Part shown: positions 20,380 through 29,885 of the stretch, piece by piece
Position numbering within the stretch: the first letter of the stretch is position 1
Layout: each line of letters begins with the position of its first letter
Source of the DNA: Desulfobacterales bacterium
Lineage (GTDB): Bacteria; Desulfobacterota; Desulfobacteria; Desulfobacterales; UBA2174
Direction of reading: 5' to 3'
NCBI GenBank assembly: GCA_963668645.2
Contig: CAXXWC010000001.1
Coordinates: 512,001-576,000, forward strand
Length of the DNA stretch: 64,000 bases
The notes under the pieces: generated by a model
The model's input: only the letters and a program-made list of their open reading frames with translations
Databases searched by the model: none
What the model was told of the DNA's origin: nothing
Position numbers and translations under genes: made by a program

Positions 20380-21564
20380 TTGCCAACGTCTGAAAACGCT
20401 TCACTTTCAGGTTATCGGCCCGTCTGGCAGGAATCCATGGGGGCCGTTGACCAGGACGGCTGGAACCGGCTGGCCCTGGCGGCAGCGACGCCTTTTCTCG
20501 AATGGGAATGGCTTGAACTGCTTGAATCCTCGGGAAGCATCGCGCCCCACCGAGGCTGGAGACCCCAGCATCTTACCGTCTGGCGCCACGACCGTCTGGT
20601 GGCCGCGGCTCCTTTTTACATCAAACAAGACAGTGAAGCCGAATTTGTTTTCGACCAACCCTGGGCCGAGGTAGCCGCTCACATCGGGGCCGCCTACTAT
20701 CCCAAACTGGTGGGCGCGGTTCCTGTAACCCCCCTCGGCGGCTACCGCTTTCTAATCGCTCCCGAACACGACGCGGCCCGGCTGACCCGGCTGATGGTCC
20801 ACTGGGCCATGGAGCGCTGCCGGGTCCTGGGCCTGGGCGGATGCCATCTGCTCTTTGTCGATCCGGACGCTTGCGCCCCGCTGACCGAAGCGGGTTTCCA
20901 GGCCTGGCACCACCACGGCTTCGTCTGGCAGAATAAAGCCTACAGCAGTTTTGAGGACTTTCTGGAGCGCTTCACGCCCAACCAGCGCCGCAATATCCGC
21001 CGCGAACGCCGTCGCCTGGCCGCATCGGGGATCCGGGTGGCCACCTATCCGGGCCAGGAGATCCCCGAGGAGTTTTTCTCCCGGATGCACCAATGGTACG
21101 TTCATACCAATGAGCGCTACGGCCCTTGGGGCGGACGCTATCTGACCTCGGCTTTTTTCACCGGTTTGGCCCACCGATGGCGACACCGGCTGCTCTTCAC
21201 GGCCGGCAGCCGCACAATCGATCCGACCGCCCCGCCTTTGGGCATGGCCATGCTGGTCTACAAGGGAAAGCGGCTCTACGGCCGCTATTGGGGTGGGGAT
21301 CCACGCGTGCCCCTGCTGCACTTCGAAGCTTGCTACTACCTGCCCATCGCCTGGGCCATCGGCGAGGCCATCGAAACCTTCGATCCGGGCATGGGCGGGG
21401 CACACAAGCTGCGCCGCGGCTTTGTTTCCCGTCCGACCCTGAGCCTGCACCGGTTCACCGATCCGCGCCTGGAGGCGGTCATGGCAGCCAACATCGACCG
21501 CATCAACCGCCTCGAAGACCGGCAGATTGAAACCCTCAACGCATCGATGCCCTTGCGGGCATAA
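20380..21564 (+). CDS. FemAB-like GNAT family protein (DUF482-type)
   Basis: EFVFDQPWA, YYPKL, RNIRRERR, LYGRYWG, LHFEACYY, GAHKLRRGF. Confidence 0.88.
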   Translation: MPTSENASLSGYRPVWQESMGAVDQDGWNRLALAAATPFLEWEWLELLESSGSIAPHRGWRPQHLTVWRHDRLVAAAPFYIKQDSEAEFVFDQPWAEVAAHIGAAYYPKLVGAVPVTPLGGYRFLIAPEHDAARLTRLMVHWAMERCRVLGLGGCHLLFVDPDACAPLTEAGFQAWHHHGFVWQNKAYSSFEDFLERFTPNQRRNIRRERRRLAASGIRVATYPGQEIPEEFFSRMHQWYVHTNERYGPWGGRYLTSAFFTGLAHRWRHRLLFTAGSRTIDPTAPPLGMAMLVYKGKRLYGRYWGGDPRVPLLHFEACYYLPIAWAIGEAIETFDPGMGGAHKLRRGFVSRPTLSLHRFTDPRLEAVMAANIDRINRLEDRQIETLNASMPLRA

Positions 21565-21625
21565 GAACGAAACCGATGGTTTCGCTTTTATACCTAACAT
21601 ACTGATTATAAAAGTTGATTAGGTG

Positions 21626-22129
21626 TTATAAATCTGGAACACCGGCAGGATTGAGGCCGTTGCTGGGATCGCCTTCGGCCATCATTTCGGCCAGCAGCCG
21701 TTGCTCGCGCGGGCCGGGGACCAACCCTTCCAGCGCGGCCTCGGCGACGGTCTGGCCGTCCTGATTGCGAAAAACCGCCTCGGCCCTGGCGCGATAGCGG
21801 CCGGATACTTCGACAATGGTCATATGGCAGATCACGGTGTCACCGGGATAAACCGGCCGGCGGAAGCGAAAATCCATACCGGAGGCCAGCCATCCGATCT
21901 GGCCGCCGATTTCGGTCAGCAAGCTGCCGACCAGCAGACCGTGGCAGACCGGCCCGGCAAAACCCTTCAGAGCGGTCCAGCGGGACTCGAAATGCACTGG
22001 GTTGTAATCGCGGCTCAAGGCTGCAAAGGCCTTAACCTCGGCCGCACTGAAGGTCCGGCGCACCTCGAAACTGTCCCCGGCGCATAACCCCTGGCTGGTG
22101 CGCATGCGAATGGTGGTCATCATCCTCAC
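21626..22129 (-). CDS. MaoC-family (R)-hydratase/dehydratase
   Basis: FAALSRDYNPVH, VCHGLL, FRRPVYPGDT. Confidence 0.88.
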   Translation of the reverse strand: MRMMTTIRMRTSQGLCAGDSFEVRRTFSAAEVKAFAALSRDYNPVHFESRWTALKGFAGPVCHGLLVGSLLTEIGGQIGWLASGMDFRFRRPVYPGDTVICHMTIVEVSGRYRARAEAVFRNQDGQTVAEAALEGLVPGPREQRLLAEMMAEGDPSNGLNPAGVPDL

Positions 22130-23322
22130 TTTCCGGCCAGGGCTGCCCGTGCCGCACCGAGCAGCGTGGCATCGGGCACGGTGCAGACCTTGACCCGTAC
22201 ATGCCCCAGTTCGTATGCCTCGAGCAGTTCGTTCAATGTCTGCACCAGGGTGCCAAGGTACTCGCAGTGCCCGGCAAGACGGCCCCGCAACAATCCGCCT
22301 ACAGCCACCACCCGCACCGTATCGATCGGAGCGGTCCGGTGACGCAAATCAACGGCCGCAGTCAGCAGGGCGGCCGCGATCTGGGCCGACCGGCGCACCA
22401 GTACGCGCGCCAGGTGCAGCATCCCGGCATCCGGTCCTTGCGGGACCGCATCTGCCAGAGATTCGAGCATAGGCGGCGGCCCGCCGCCCCGGGCGGTGCA
22501 GATTAGGGCCAACATCCGGTTTAAGTACATGCCGGATAAGACCTTTTCCAGCCTCTGGCGTCCGGGGTTCTCCGAAGCGGCGTCCAGATCGGCATCCCAT
22601 TCGGTCAGATGCGGCAAAAAAAAGTCGCCCGATTCCATGTTGAGGGCTGCCTCGCTGTCCGGTTCGCCCCCGGCCGCCGTACCGGCCGGCCAGGCCAGGG
22701 CCAGGTTGGTTCCCGTACCCACCACCAACCCCATGCGCATTTGGGCCGCGTCCCGCCCCTCATCGGCATACAGTAAAGCCATGCTGTCGTTGAGGACGCG
22801 CACCGGCCCGCAACGGATCCGGCCGCGCGCGGCAATGTGCTGTGCAAGAAGGCGGCCGACCCTGCGGCCGATCATTGCCGGCACTTCAATCCCCTTGGTC
22901 CAGCGGATCAGCCTGGCGTCGCCGTCGCCGGCAGGCCGGATGGGAAAGGAGAAAGCGTATCCCAGGGGCAGCCCCGGCTCCGGCGCCAGGTCTTCGATCA
23001 ATTGGGCCTGGAGTTCCAGAAAGCGCTCCATCGGAAAGGGAACGCCCCGTTGCCAGGGCATCCGCACCACCAGCGGCCCCTTTTCGACCCAGGCCCCGGT
23101 CTTGCCCCAGCGCACCAAGGCGGACCGGACCCGGCTGCCCCCCAGATCCAAGCCCAGGGCCGCGTCGGCCAAGGGAACCTTGGGGCTCAAGGCCGGATCC
23201 GGCCGGCACTCCGGATCGGCCAGGAGGCGCTCCAGTTTTCGGGCGAGCTGCGCCCTGAGACTATCGAGGATCTCATGCAGCCGGTTTCGGCTCAACGTCA
23301 GGCAGCACGTCACGTGGGTCAT
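22126..23322 (-). CDS. Hexokinase-family protein (eukaryote-type fold)
   Basis: LDLGGSRVR, PLGYAFSFP, RWTKG, LNDS, VGTGTN, NMESG, LEKVLSGMYL. Confidence 0.82.
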   Translation of the reverse strand: MTHVTCCLTLSRNRLHEILDSLRAQLARKLERLLADPECRPDPALSPKVPLADAALGLDLGGSRVRSALVRWGKTGAWVEKGPLVVRMPWQRGVPFPMERFLELQAQLIEDLAPEPGLPLGYAFSFPIRPAGDGDARLIRWTKGIEVPAMIGRRVGRLLAQHIAARGRIRCGPVRVLNDSMALLYADEGRDAAQMRMGLVVGTGTNLALAWPAGTAAGGEPDSEAALNMESGDFFLPHLTEWDADLDAASENPGRQRLEKVLSGMYLNRMLALICTARGGGPPPMLESLADAVPQGPDAGMLHLARVLVRRSAQIAAALLTAAVDLRHRTAPIDTVRVVAVGGLLRGRLAGHCEYLGTLVQTLNELLEAYELGHVRVKVCTVPDATLLGAARAALAGK

Positions 23323-23355
23323 ACAACCCTTGATCCGATCCTGGGCACCGCGGCT

Positions 23356-25020
23356 CTAGTCTGCCGTGCAGGGTTCTATATCATCGCAAATCCAGGACTC
23401 GAGCAAATCGCGCTCCTCGGGACTCAGATCGAGTTGGGCATCGGCGCACAGGTTGATCACGTTCTTGCGGAACACGTCGGCGAATATTCCGGCCCGATCC
23501 TTTTCCGGCCGCAGGCCGAAGCGATGCCCGCCGTATGAAATACCTCGCAGAATAAAGGAAATGGTGGCCCGGCTGATGCTGTATCCTTTTTCAAGGCAGC
23601 GGTCCCGGACCATCTTGCTCGTCCCGGTAAAATGATAGCGGCAGCTCTGGAGGACTTCTTCCAGCGATTGAAAAACGTCGGCGTACTCTTCGGGAGTCAG
23701 ATCCGGTGTGTGTGTCAAGTTGTGGATCCGCTGAATCAGGCCGGTCAAGCTCGGAGGCAGGTCGGCAAAGCGGCACCCGGCATCATCCTGGCTCGGCGGC
23801 GTGTGCCGGTCAGGATCGAGAAGGTAGGCCGGCAGGCCTGGAGCGGTAAAAATGGCGATACCGCTTTCGGGATAGCTTTCGATCAGGGCTTTGAAGGTGC
23901 CGGCGCCGGCCCATTGGCTGGTCAAGACTCCTTCCCCCAAATCGGCTACCACCTCCTGGGCCATCTTGGCCATCAGCAAGGGCCGATCGGCCTCTTCGAT
24001 CCGCCCGCGCACAAAGTCCACCACCCGCCGGGGCAGAACCTCGTCATCATCATCGCCGGAAAAATCGGCGCCTGCCGCCGAAGCGCCGGCCGATGCAGAC
24101 TTGCGCCGCTCACCGGCCACCGGCATGGCCACCACGACCTTCCACGGGTCGCTGTCGAGCAGGGCGAGGTCCGAACGGCATGCTACCACCGCCTGGGTCA
24201 ACCGGCGCAGCGAACCGTACCCGAGCCAGTCGCTACTGCTGCGAAACACATCGAATTCGCCGTAGATTTTGGGCAGGTTGGCCGCCAGAATCTCACCGTC
24301 GGTGCTGGCCCGCTCGTAGACCAGGTCGGCAATGCGCGCAAGAAGCCGGGGAGAAATCCCGCCATCCCCCTGCCCGGGGTTGGGGCCGCCCGAAAAATCG
24401 GTATCCACCCCGCTGACGCCCAAAGCGAACTCGATAAAGTTATCGACGCTGATCAGATAATCACAAGCCGACTTGTACGCCTCGCTGGCCGGACCGACCG
24501 CCAGAACGGTGGTCCGGCGATCATAGGCGCGCAGCCGCTGCAAAACCGGGGTGAAATCGGCGTCCCCGGACAGAATGATATACTCATCGAAGCGGGTCTC
24601 GTGCTTGAGGGTGTCCAGTACGTCCATCACCATGCGGATGTCGCTGCTGGTCTTGCCTTTTTCCGTCAGGGGGGGGCAATCGACGATGGTAAAGGCCGAC
24701 CGGGTGAAATAGGGCCTGAACCGGTAAAAGGTGCGCGGGTTGAGGTAACAGTTGCGGATCAGCACCGACCGCTGCCCGCCGGGGGCGTCCTGGCAGCTGT
24801 CCAGGGCAGCCGGCATCCCGTTCTCGATCCATTCGAGCCAGCCGGCCGGGTTGCTGCCGAAACTTTCAGCCGCCTGGCTGTCAAGACTGTTCAGGCCGAT
24901 ATAGATGTTGTCGAAATCGACGAAAAGGGCCGCTCGGGGGCATCCGGTACGGCGCAACCCATTGACGGGTGATCTGGTTTTCATGGCAATGCTGCTCTTG
25001 TCCCTTTTGAGGTTATTCAT
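23356..25020 (-). CDS. NYN (LabA/DUF88, PIN-like) domain protein with C-terminal OST-HTH/LOTUS-like repeats
   Basis: ALFVDFDNI, GKTSSDIRM, ILSGDADFTP; repeated WxGxGxF/L motifs; ATGA overlap with xth. Confidence 0.82.
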   Translation of the reverse strand: MNNLKRDKSSIAMKTRSPVNGLRRTGCPRAALFVDFDNIYIGLNSLDSQAAESFGSNPAGWLEWIENGMPAALDSCQDAPGGQRSVLIRNCYLNPRTFYRFRPYFTRSAFTIVDCPPLTEKGKTSSDIRMVMDVLDTLKHETRFDEYIILSGDADFTPVLQRLRAYDRRTTVLAVGPASEAYKSACDYLISVDNFIEFALGVSGVDTDFSGGPNPGQGDGGISPRLLARIADLVYERASTDGEILAANLPKIYGEFDVFRSSSDWLGYGSLRRLTQAVVACRSDLALLDSDPWKVVVAMPVAGERRKSASAGASAAGADFSGDDDDEVLPRRVVDFVRGRIEEADRPLLMAKMAQEVVADLGEGVLTSQWAGAGTFKALIESYPESGIAIFTAPGLPAYLLDPDRHTPPSQDDAGCRFADLPPSLTGLIQRIHNLTHTPDLTPEEYADVFQSLEEVLQSCRYHFTGTSKMVRDRCLEKGYSISRATISFILRGISYGGHRFGLRPEKDRAGIFADVFRKNVINLCADAQLDLSPEERDLLESWICDDIEPCTAD

Positions 25021-25802
25021 ATCTCCAGCACGATGCCCACCGGGCAATGATCCGAACCGAAGATATCGTTGTCAATAAACGCCTCGCGCAGCCAGCCGCG
25101 GGCGACGATCTCCGGGGTAACAAAAAAATAATCGATGCGCCACCCCACGTTGCGCTCGCGAGCCTTGAAGCGATAGGTCCACCACGAGTATTTAACCGCA
25201 TCGGGATAAAGATGGCGGAAGGTGTCGATATAGCCGCGGGCCACGATGCGATCGATCCAGTCGCGCTCGATACGCAAAAAGCCAGATGTTTTTTGGTTTT
25301 CCTTGGGGTTTTTGAGGTCTATTTCGTTATGAGCGGTATTGTAATCACCGCAAATCACCAAGGCGCGCCCCTGTGCGCGCAAAAGGTCACAATATGCAAA
25401 AAAAGCTTCGTAGAATCTCAGCTTATAGTCAAGCCTTTCGTCGCCGGTCTGCCCATTGGGGAAATAGACGTTTAAAAGGATGAAATGCTCCAGATCCAGA
25501 GCAAGAATCCTTCCTTCATCGTCGAATTCGGGCACTCCGATTCCTTCAACGGCCCGAACCGGCGCCATGCGGCTGTAAATCGCCGTTCCGCTGTATCCTT
25601 TTTTAACCCTGCAAAAGGACCAGTAAGGCCGGTAGCCGGCGATATCCTGCATCGCCGCGGTCAGTTTACTCTCTTGTAGCTTTGTCTCCTGAATGGCCAC
25701 CAGATCGGCGTCCAGCCGGATCAGGGTCTCGGCAAAGCCTTTGTTCATCGCGGCGTTCAGCCCGTTGACGTTCCAGGAAACCAGTTTAAGCCGTCGCGTC
25801 AT
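25017..25802 (-). CDS. xth: Exodeoxyribonuclease III
   Basis: SWNVNG, QETK, GDYNTAH, GWRIDYF, GSDHCP. Confidence 0.95.
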   Translation of the reverse strand: MTRRLKLVSWNVNGLNAAMNKGFAETLIRLDADLVAIQETKLQESKLTAAMQDIAGYRPYWSFCRVKKGYSGTAIYSRMAPVRAVEGIGVPEFDDEGRILALDLEHFILLNVYFPNGQTGDERLDYKLRFYEAFFAYCDLLRAQGRALVICGDYNTAHNEIDLKNPKENQKTSGFLRIERDWIDRIVARGYIDTFRHLYPDAVKYSWWTYRFKARERNVGWRIDYFFVTPEIVARGWLREAFIDNDIFGSDHCPVGIVLEI

Positions 25803-25855
25803 AAGGCAGACTCCAAACGGAAGAAAATGAATTACGTACCAGGTTCCAACCCACT

Positions 25856-26518
25856 CTAACGATTGCGCCGCACTCCCACCCGACGACAAAGGTCGGATAC
25901 CGGACAACGGCTGCACCAGGGGGACACCGGATGGCAGAGGGTCTGCCCGAAGGCGACGAGAATCTCGTTGTAGTGCACCCAGTAGCGCCGCGGCAGCTTG
26001 CGACGCAGGCGCATTTCGGTCTGTTCCGGGGTTCGGGTGCGCACGTAGCCCACCCGATTGCTGATACGATGGACATGGGTATCGACACAGATCCCGTCCA
26101 GGCCGAAACCTTCCACGCGCACCAGATTGGCGGTCTTGCGCCCCACCCCGGGCAATTCCAGGAGTTCTTCAAGCCCGGAAGGGACCTGGCCCTGGTAGCG
26201 TTCGAGCAGCACGGTACTGATCTGCTTGAGCCGGCGTGCCTTGGTCTTCCAGAAACCGACCGGGTAAATCAAGGCTTCGATGGCAGCCAAGTCCAAGGAC
26301 AGGATCGTTTCAGGGGTCCGGGCCACATCCAGGAGCCTTTGAGAAGCCTTGATTGTGACCGGATCTTTGGTGCGCAGCGACAGCAGGGTCGACACCAGGA
26401 TCTCAAAGGGCGAGGACCCGCGCTGGGCGATGAGGGTGATCACCGGAGCCGACCAGGCGGGGTAATTTTCCTCGAGGACCGCCATGAAACGGTCGATGTC
26501 GAATCCGGGGCGGCCCAT
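25856..26518 (-). CDS. nth: Endonuclease III
   Basis: HhH LPGVGRKTA, VDTHVHR, Fe-S motif CHPVSPWCSRCPVSDLC. Confidence 0.93.
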   Translation of the reverse strand: MGRPGFDIDRFMAVLEENYPAWSAPVITLIAQRGSSPFEILVSTLLSLRTKDPVTIKASQRLLDVARTPETILSLDLAAIEALIYPVGFWKTKARRLKQISTVLLERYQGQVPSGLEELLELPGVGRKTANLVRVEGFGLDGICVDTHVHRISNRVGYVRTRTPEQTEMRLRRKLPRRYWVHYNEILVAFGQTLCHPVSPWCSRCPVSDLCRRVGVRRNR

Positions 26519-26603
26519 CCTTGTCAACGCATTATCGACCTGAAGTGAACGCTCTTGGCCAACGGTTCGGATCTGGAACCGTTGGCGCGAGAAGGGCCGG
26601 GAC

Positions 26604-27065
26604 TCAACGCGGATGGCAAAGCACACAGCCGGTGGGGCCGGTCTTCAACTGCACCGTGGCCAGGCTATTGGCCTTTTCAGCGGCCAGATTCCGTTTGGCC
26701 GTAGACTTGTGGCAGCCTAAGCATGATCCGTGGTAGGCGTTTTTGAAGTATCGATATGCCGGCAGTCCACTCTCCTTGGTTGCAGGTTCTGTCAAATCAT
26801 GGCAACCGGCGGTACCGCAGCCGATGTTCTCCGCAGCACCGGTCCACTTGTGATGGCATGCGACACAGGCCAGTTCCAGATGCTGCCCGTGGGGGAAATC
26901 CACAGCGCTGCGCATGGCCTCGACACCGGCGGGCGCCTCAATCGTCAGCGTTCCGAGGGGCACGCAAAGACTCTCTTCAGAATCGCCGGCCGAGGCTATG
27001 CCAACGGCCATGCAAGTGCACAGAATCATCCCCAGGCTCCAGAACCATCGCTTGTCGATCCGCAT
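26604..27065 (-). CDS. Tetrahaem cytochrome c3 family protein
   Basis: Signal peptide, FPH, and four haem motifs CVACHH, CGTAGCH, CLGCH, CVLCH. Confidence 0.92.
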   Translation of the reverse strand: MRIDKRWFWSLGMILCTCMAVGIASAGDSEESLCVPLGTLTIEAPAGVEAMRSAVDFPHGQHLELACVACHHKWTGAAENIGCGTAGCHDLTEPATKESGLPAYRYFKNAYHGSCLGCHKSTAKRNLAAEKANSLATVQLKTGPTGCVLCHPR

Positions 27066-27388
27066 CCATCTCCTCCTTGGTGGCCGAAAGGATTTTCGCC
27101 CCGGGCGGCGCCGCACCAATCACCGCCTTCCAGGCGCCGCCATGGCCGAAGTATAGCTTTAGCTTGAAACGCTATTAGCACAACGGGAACAATCGAAAAA
27201 GATCACCGCACTACTATACGATACGCCCGATTCGTGCAACCCTATTTTCATCGGCCGCACCCGCGTTGCAGTCATACCAACGGATCCCAAAGCATCATTT
27301 ACTTTCCATCGCCGCTCGCCTATAACGACTGAGTCAAACTCAACCCCTGAGCCGCAATCGAACTGCGGCCCATCGCGCGGAGGTCATC

Positions 27389-28522
27389 ATGGGAAGCAAC
27401 AATCTCGTTTTCCTGGAAAATCTGGAATGGTTCGACCCGACCGGGGATACCCTGGTGCAGCGCCTGCCCGCCGAGGGGTCGGGGGAGATCAAGTGGGGCG
27501 CGCAACTGACTGTCCGTGAAAGCCAGGCAGCGGTCTTCTTTTATAAAGGCAAGGCGGTGGAGGCTTTCGCGGCCGGCCGCCACACCCTCAAAACCGGCAA
27601 CATCCCGATCCTGACCAAGTTGGCCAGCATTCCCTGGGGACTGACCAGCCCCCTGCGCGCCGAGGTCTATTTCGTCAACCTGAAGGTGTTCACCAATCTG
27701 AAGTGGGGCACCCGCGATCCGGTGGCCTTTAAAGACGCCGAACTCGGCTTGGTGCGGCTGAGGGCCTTTGGCGTGTTCAACCTGCAGGTCGTCCAGCCGA
27801 TCCTCTTTGTCAACCGCCTGGTCGGCACTGAGGGGATTTTCACCACGGAAGCGGTGGAATCCTATCTGAACCAGGTCATCGTATCGCGTTTTAACGACTT
27901 CATGGGTGAGACCATCGACACCATCTTCAGCCTGCCGGCCCGCTACGACGAATTGTCAGGCGCCCTGAGCCAACGCTTGCAGGAAGACTTGAGCCACTTC
28001 GGCCTGGCGTTGACCCATCTGTATATCAACGCCATCACCCCGCCGCCCGAGGTGCAGCAGGCCATCGACGACCGCAGCCGCCTGGGGGCCCTGCCCGACC
28101 TGGACCGGCTCATGCAGATGAAAGCCGCCATGGCCATGGAAAAGGCCGCCGGGACCCAGGGAACCACCGGCGAGACCATGGGGGCCGGCCTCGGGTTGAT
28201 GCTCCCGGCCATGTTCGCCCGGTTCATGACCGGCGCTGCCGGCCCGTCGCCGGCGCAAGAAAACCTTGCCGCCTGCCCTGAGTGCCGCCAGCCCATCCCG
28301 GCGCAAGCCAAGTTCTGCCCCTTTTGCGGGCACCAGCAGGTCGTCTTCGGCCAGTGCACCCAGTGCGGCAAGAACCTGCCGCCCAATGCCCGTTTCTGCC
28401 CGCGCTGCGGCCAGCCGGCCGATACCAAACCGAACCCCTGGCACTGCATCCACTGCGGCACCCAAAACATAGCCGGGGCACTGTTCTGCAACCAGTGCGG
28501 GGAGAGACACCACCCCGAGTGA
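27389..28522 (+). CDS. SPFH/Band-7 (YdjI-like) protein with C-terminal zinc ribbons
   Basis: GAQLTVRESQAAVF, AEVYFVN, KWGT; three CxxC...FCxxCG ribbons. Confidence 0.88.
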   Translation: MGSNNLVFLENLEWFDPTGDTLVQRLPAEGSGEIKWGAQLTVRESQAAVFFYKGKAVEAFAAGRHTLKTGNIPILTKLASIPWGLTSPLRAEVYFVNLKVFTNLKWGTRDPVAFKDAELGLVRLRAFGVFNLQVVQPILFVNRLVGTEGIFTTEAVESYLNQVIVSRFNDFMGETIDTIFSLPARYDELSGALSQRLQEDLSHFGLALTHLYINAITPPPEVQQAIDDRSRLGALPDLDRLMQMKAAMAMEKAAGTQGTTGETMGAGLGLMLPAMFARFMTGAAGPSPAQENLAACPECRQPIPAQAKFCPFCGHQQVVFGQCTQCGKNLPPNARFCPRCGQPADTKPNPWHCIHCGTQNIAGALFCNQCGERHHPE

Positions 28523-28538
28523 CCGCCGGGAGGCTTCC

Positions 28539-29762
28539 ATCGACCTGCACATCGATCATCAATGCCCCCAGTGCGGTGCACCGGCGGTCCTGGCGGAAAG
28601 CGACCGCCTCTATTGCTGTAGCTACTGCAAGGTCCAGTCCTACCTGCTGCCGCGGGATGTGCCGCGCTATCTGCTGCCCAACCGGGCTCCGGCCACTCAG
28701 TCCCTCACCTATGTGCCGTATTGGCGATTCAAGGGGATGGTTTTCACCTGCCGGCCGGACGGAATCGGCCATCGCTTCCTCGATTTGAGCCGTTGCGCCC
28801 TCGGTGGGACAACCTTGCCCGCCAGCCTGGGGCTGCGTCCCCAGGCCATGCGTCTCAAACCGGTCACGCCCGGGATTGCAGGCCGCTTCTTGACGCCGAC
28901 CCTGGCGCAGCGCAGCATGCTGGACCGCCTGGAGAGCATCACATCTCCCGGCGATGAAAACGAGGTGTTTCTGGAGTCGCAAATCGGCGAATCGTTGAGC
29001 CTGATCTACATGCCGGTCTACCAAAAGAAAAGGCTGTACGATGCGGTGCTTGATCGCCCGTTGAACGGACCTGAACAAGACCTGGACCTGGATGCTTTGG
29101 ACGGCGGACCGGCACAGGGTTATTTTCGCTTCGTGCCGGCCATTTGCCCCCAGTGCGGCTGGAACCTGGAAGGCCGCAGGGACTCGCTGACCTTGGTGTG
29201 CCGCAATTGTGACCGGGTTTGGCAGGCGCGGCGCCGGGGTCTCGAACAGATCCGCATCGCCCATGTGCCCAATTCCGGCAACGGGTCGATCTACCTGCCT
29301 TTCTGGCGCATCAAGGCCGATATTGAAGGCCTCGCTCTGGCCAGCCGCACCGATCTGGTTCGCCTGGCCAATCTGCCCCAGGTTCCCCGCCCGCAATGGC
29401 ATAACGAGCCATTCCGTTTCTGGTTTCCCGCTTTCAAGGTCCGACCGGCCACCCTGCTCAGCCTCGCAAGCGGCCTGACCCTGAGACAACCCCGGACCGC
29501 CTTGGTGGACCGGCTTCCGTCCAGCGACCTCTTTGCCGTCAATCTGCCTCTCAGTGAAGCGGTCGAGGGCCTGAAGATGCTCCTGGCCGCCTTTGCCAAA
29601 CCGCCGCGGCAGATCTACCCCCGCCTGGCCCACCTCCGGATCACCCCCCAGGCCATGCTGCTGGTCTACATCCCCTTTTCCACCAGCGTTCACGAGTACC
29701 TTCAACCCGATTTAAAACTGGCCGTAAACCGCAACCAACTCTCGCTGGCCGGGAATCTTTAG
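28539..29762 (+). CDS. Zinc-ribbon protein (YdjG-like), probable non-canonical start
   Basis: In-frame HQCPQCGA...CSYC lies upstream of the first GTG (28659); YVPYW and YLPFW motifs; second CPQCG...CRNC ribbon. Confidence 0.7.
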   Translation: MDLHIDHQCPQCGAPAVLAESDRLYCCSYCKVQSYLLPRDVPRYLLPNRAPATQSLTYVPYWRFKGMVFTCRPDGIGHRFLDLSRCALGGTTLPASLGLRPQAMRLKPVTPGIAGRFLTPTLAQRSMLDRLESITSPGDENEVFLESQIGESLSLIYMPVYQKKRLYDAVLDRPLNGPEQDLDLDALDGGPAQGYFRFVPAICPQCGWNLEGRRDSLTLVCRNCDRVWQARRRGLEQIRIAHVPNSGNGSIYLPFWRIKADIEGLALASRTDLVRLANLPQVPRPQWHNEPFRFWFPAFKVRPATLLSLASGLTLRQPRTALVDRLPSSDLFAVNLPLSEAVEGLKMLLAAFAKPPRQIYPRLAHLRITPQAMLLVYIPFSTSVHEYLQPDLKLAVNRNQLSLAGNL

Positions 29763-29885
29763 CCTCCCGGTTGATTGACAAACCCAGGCCCCTCGTCTAT
29801 GTCATACATGGTTGAAGGCGATGCTGCAGCGGTGCCTCACGCCGATAAACCGGAAATCGCGCCTCGACGCAGAGAGGAGAAGATC

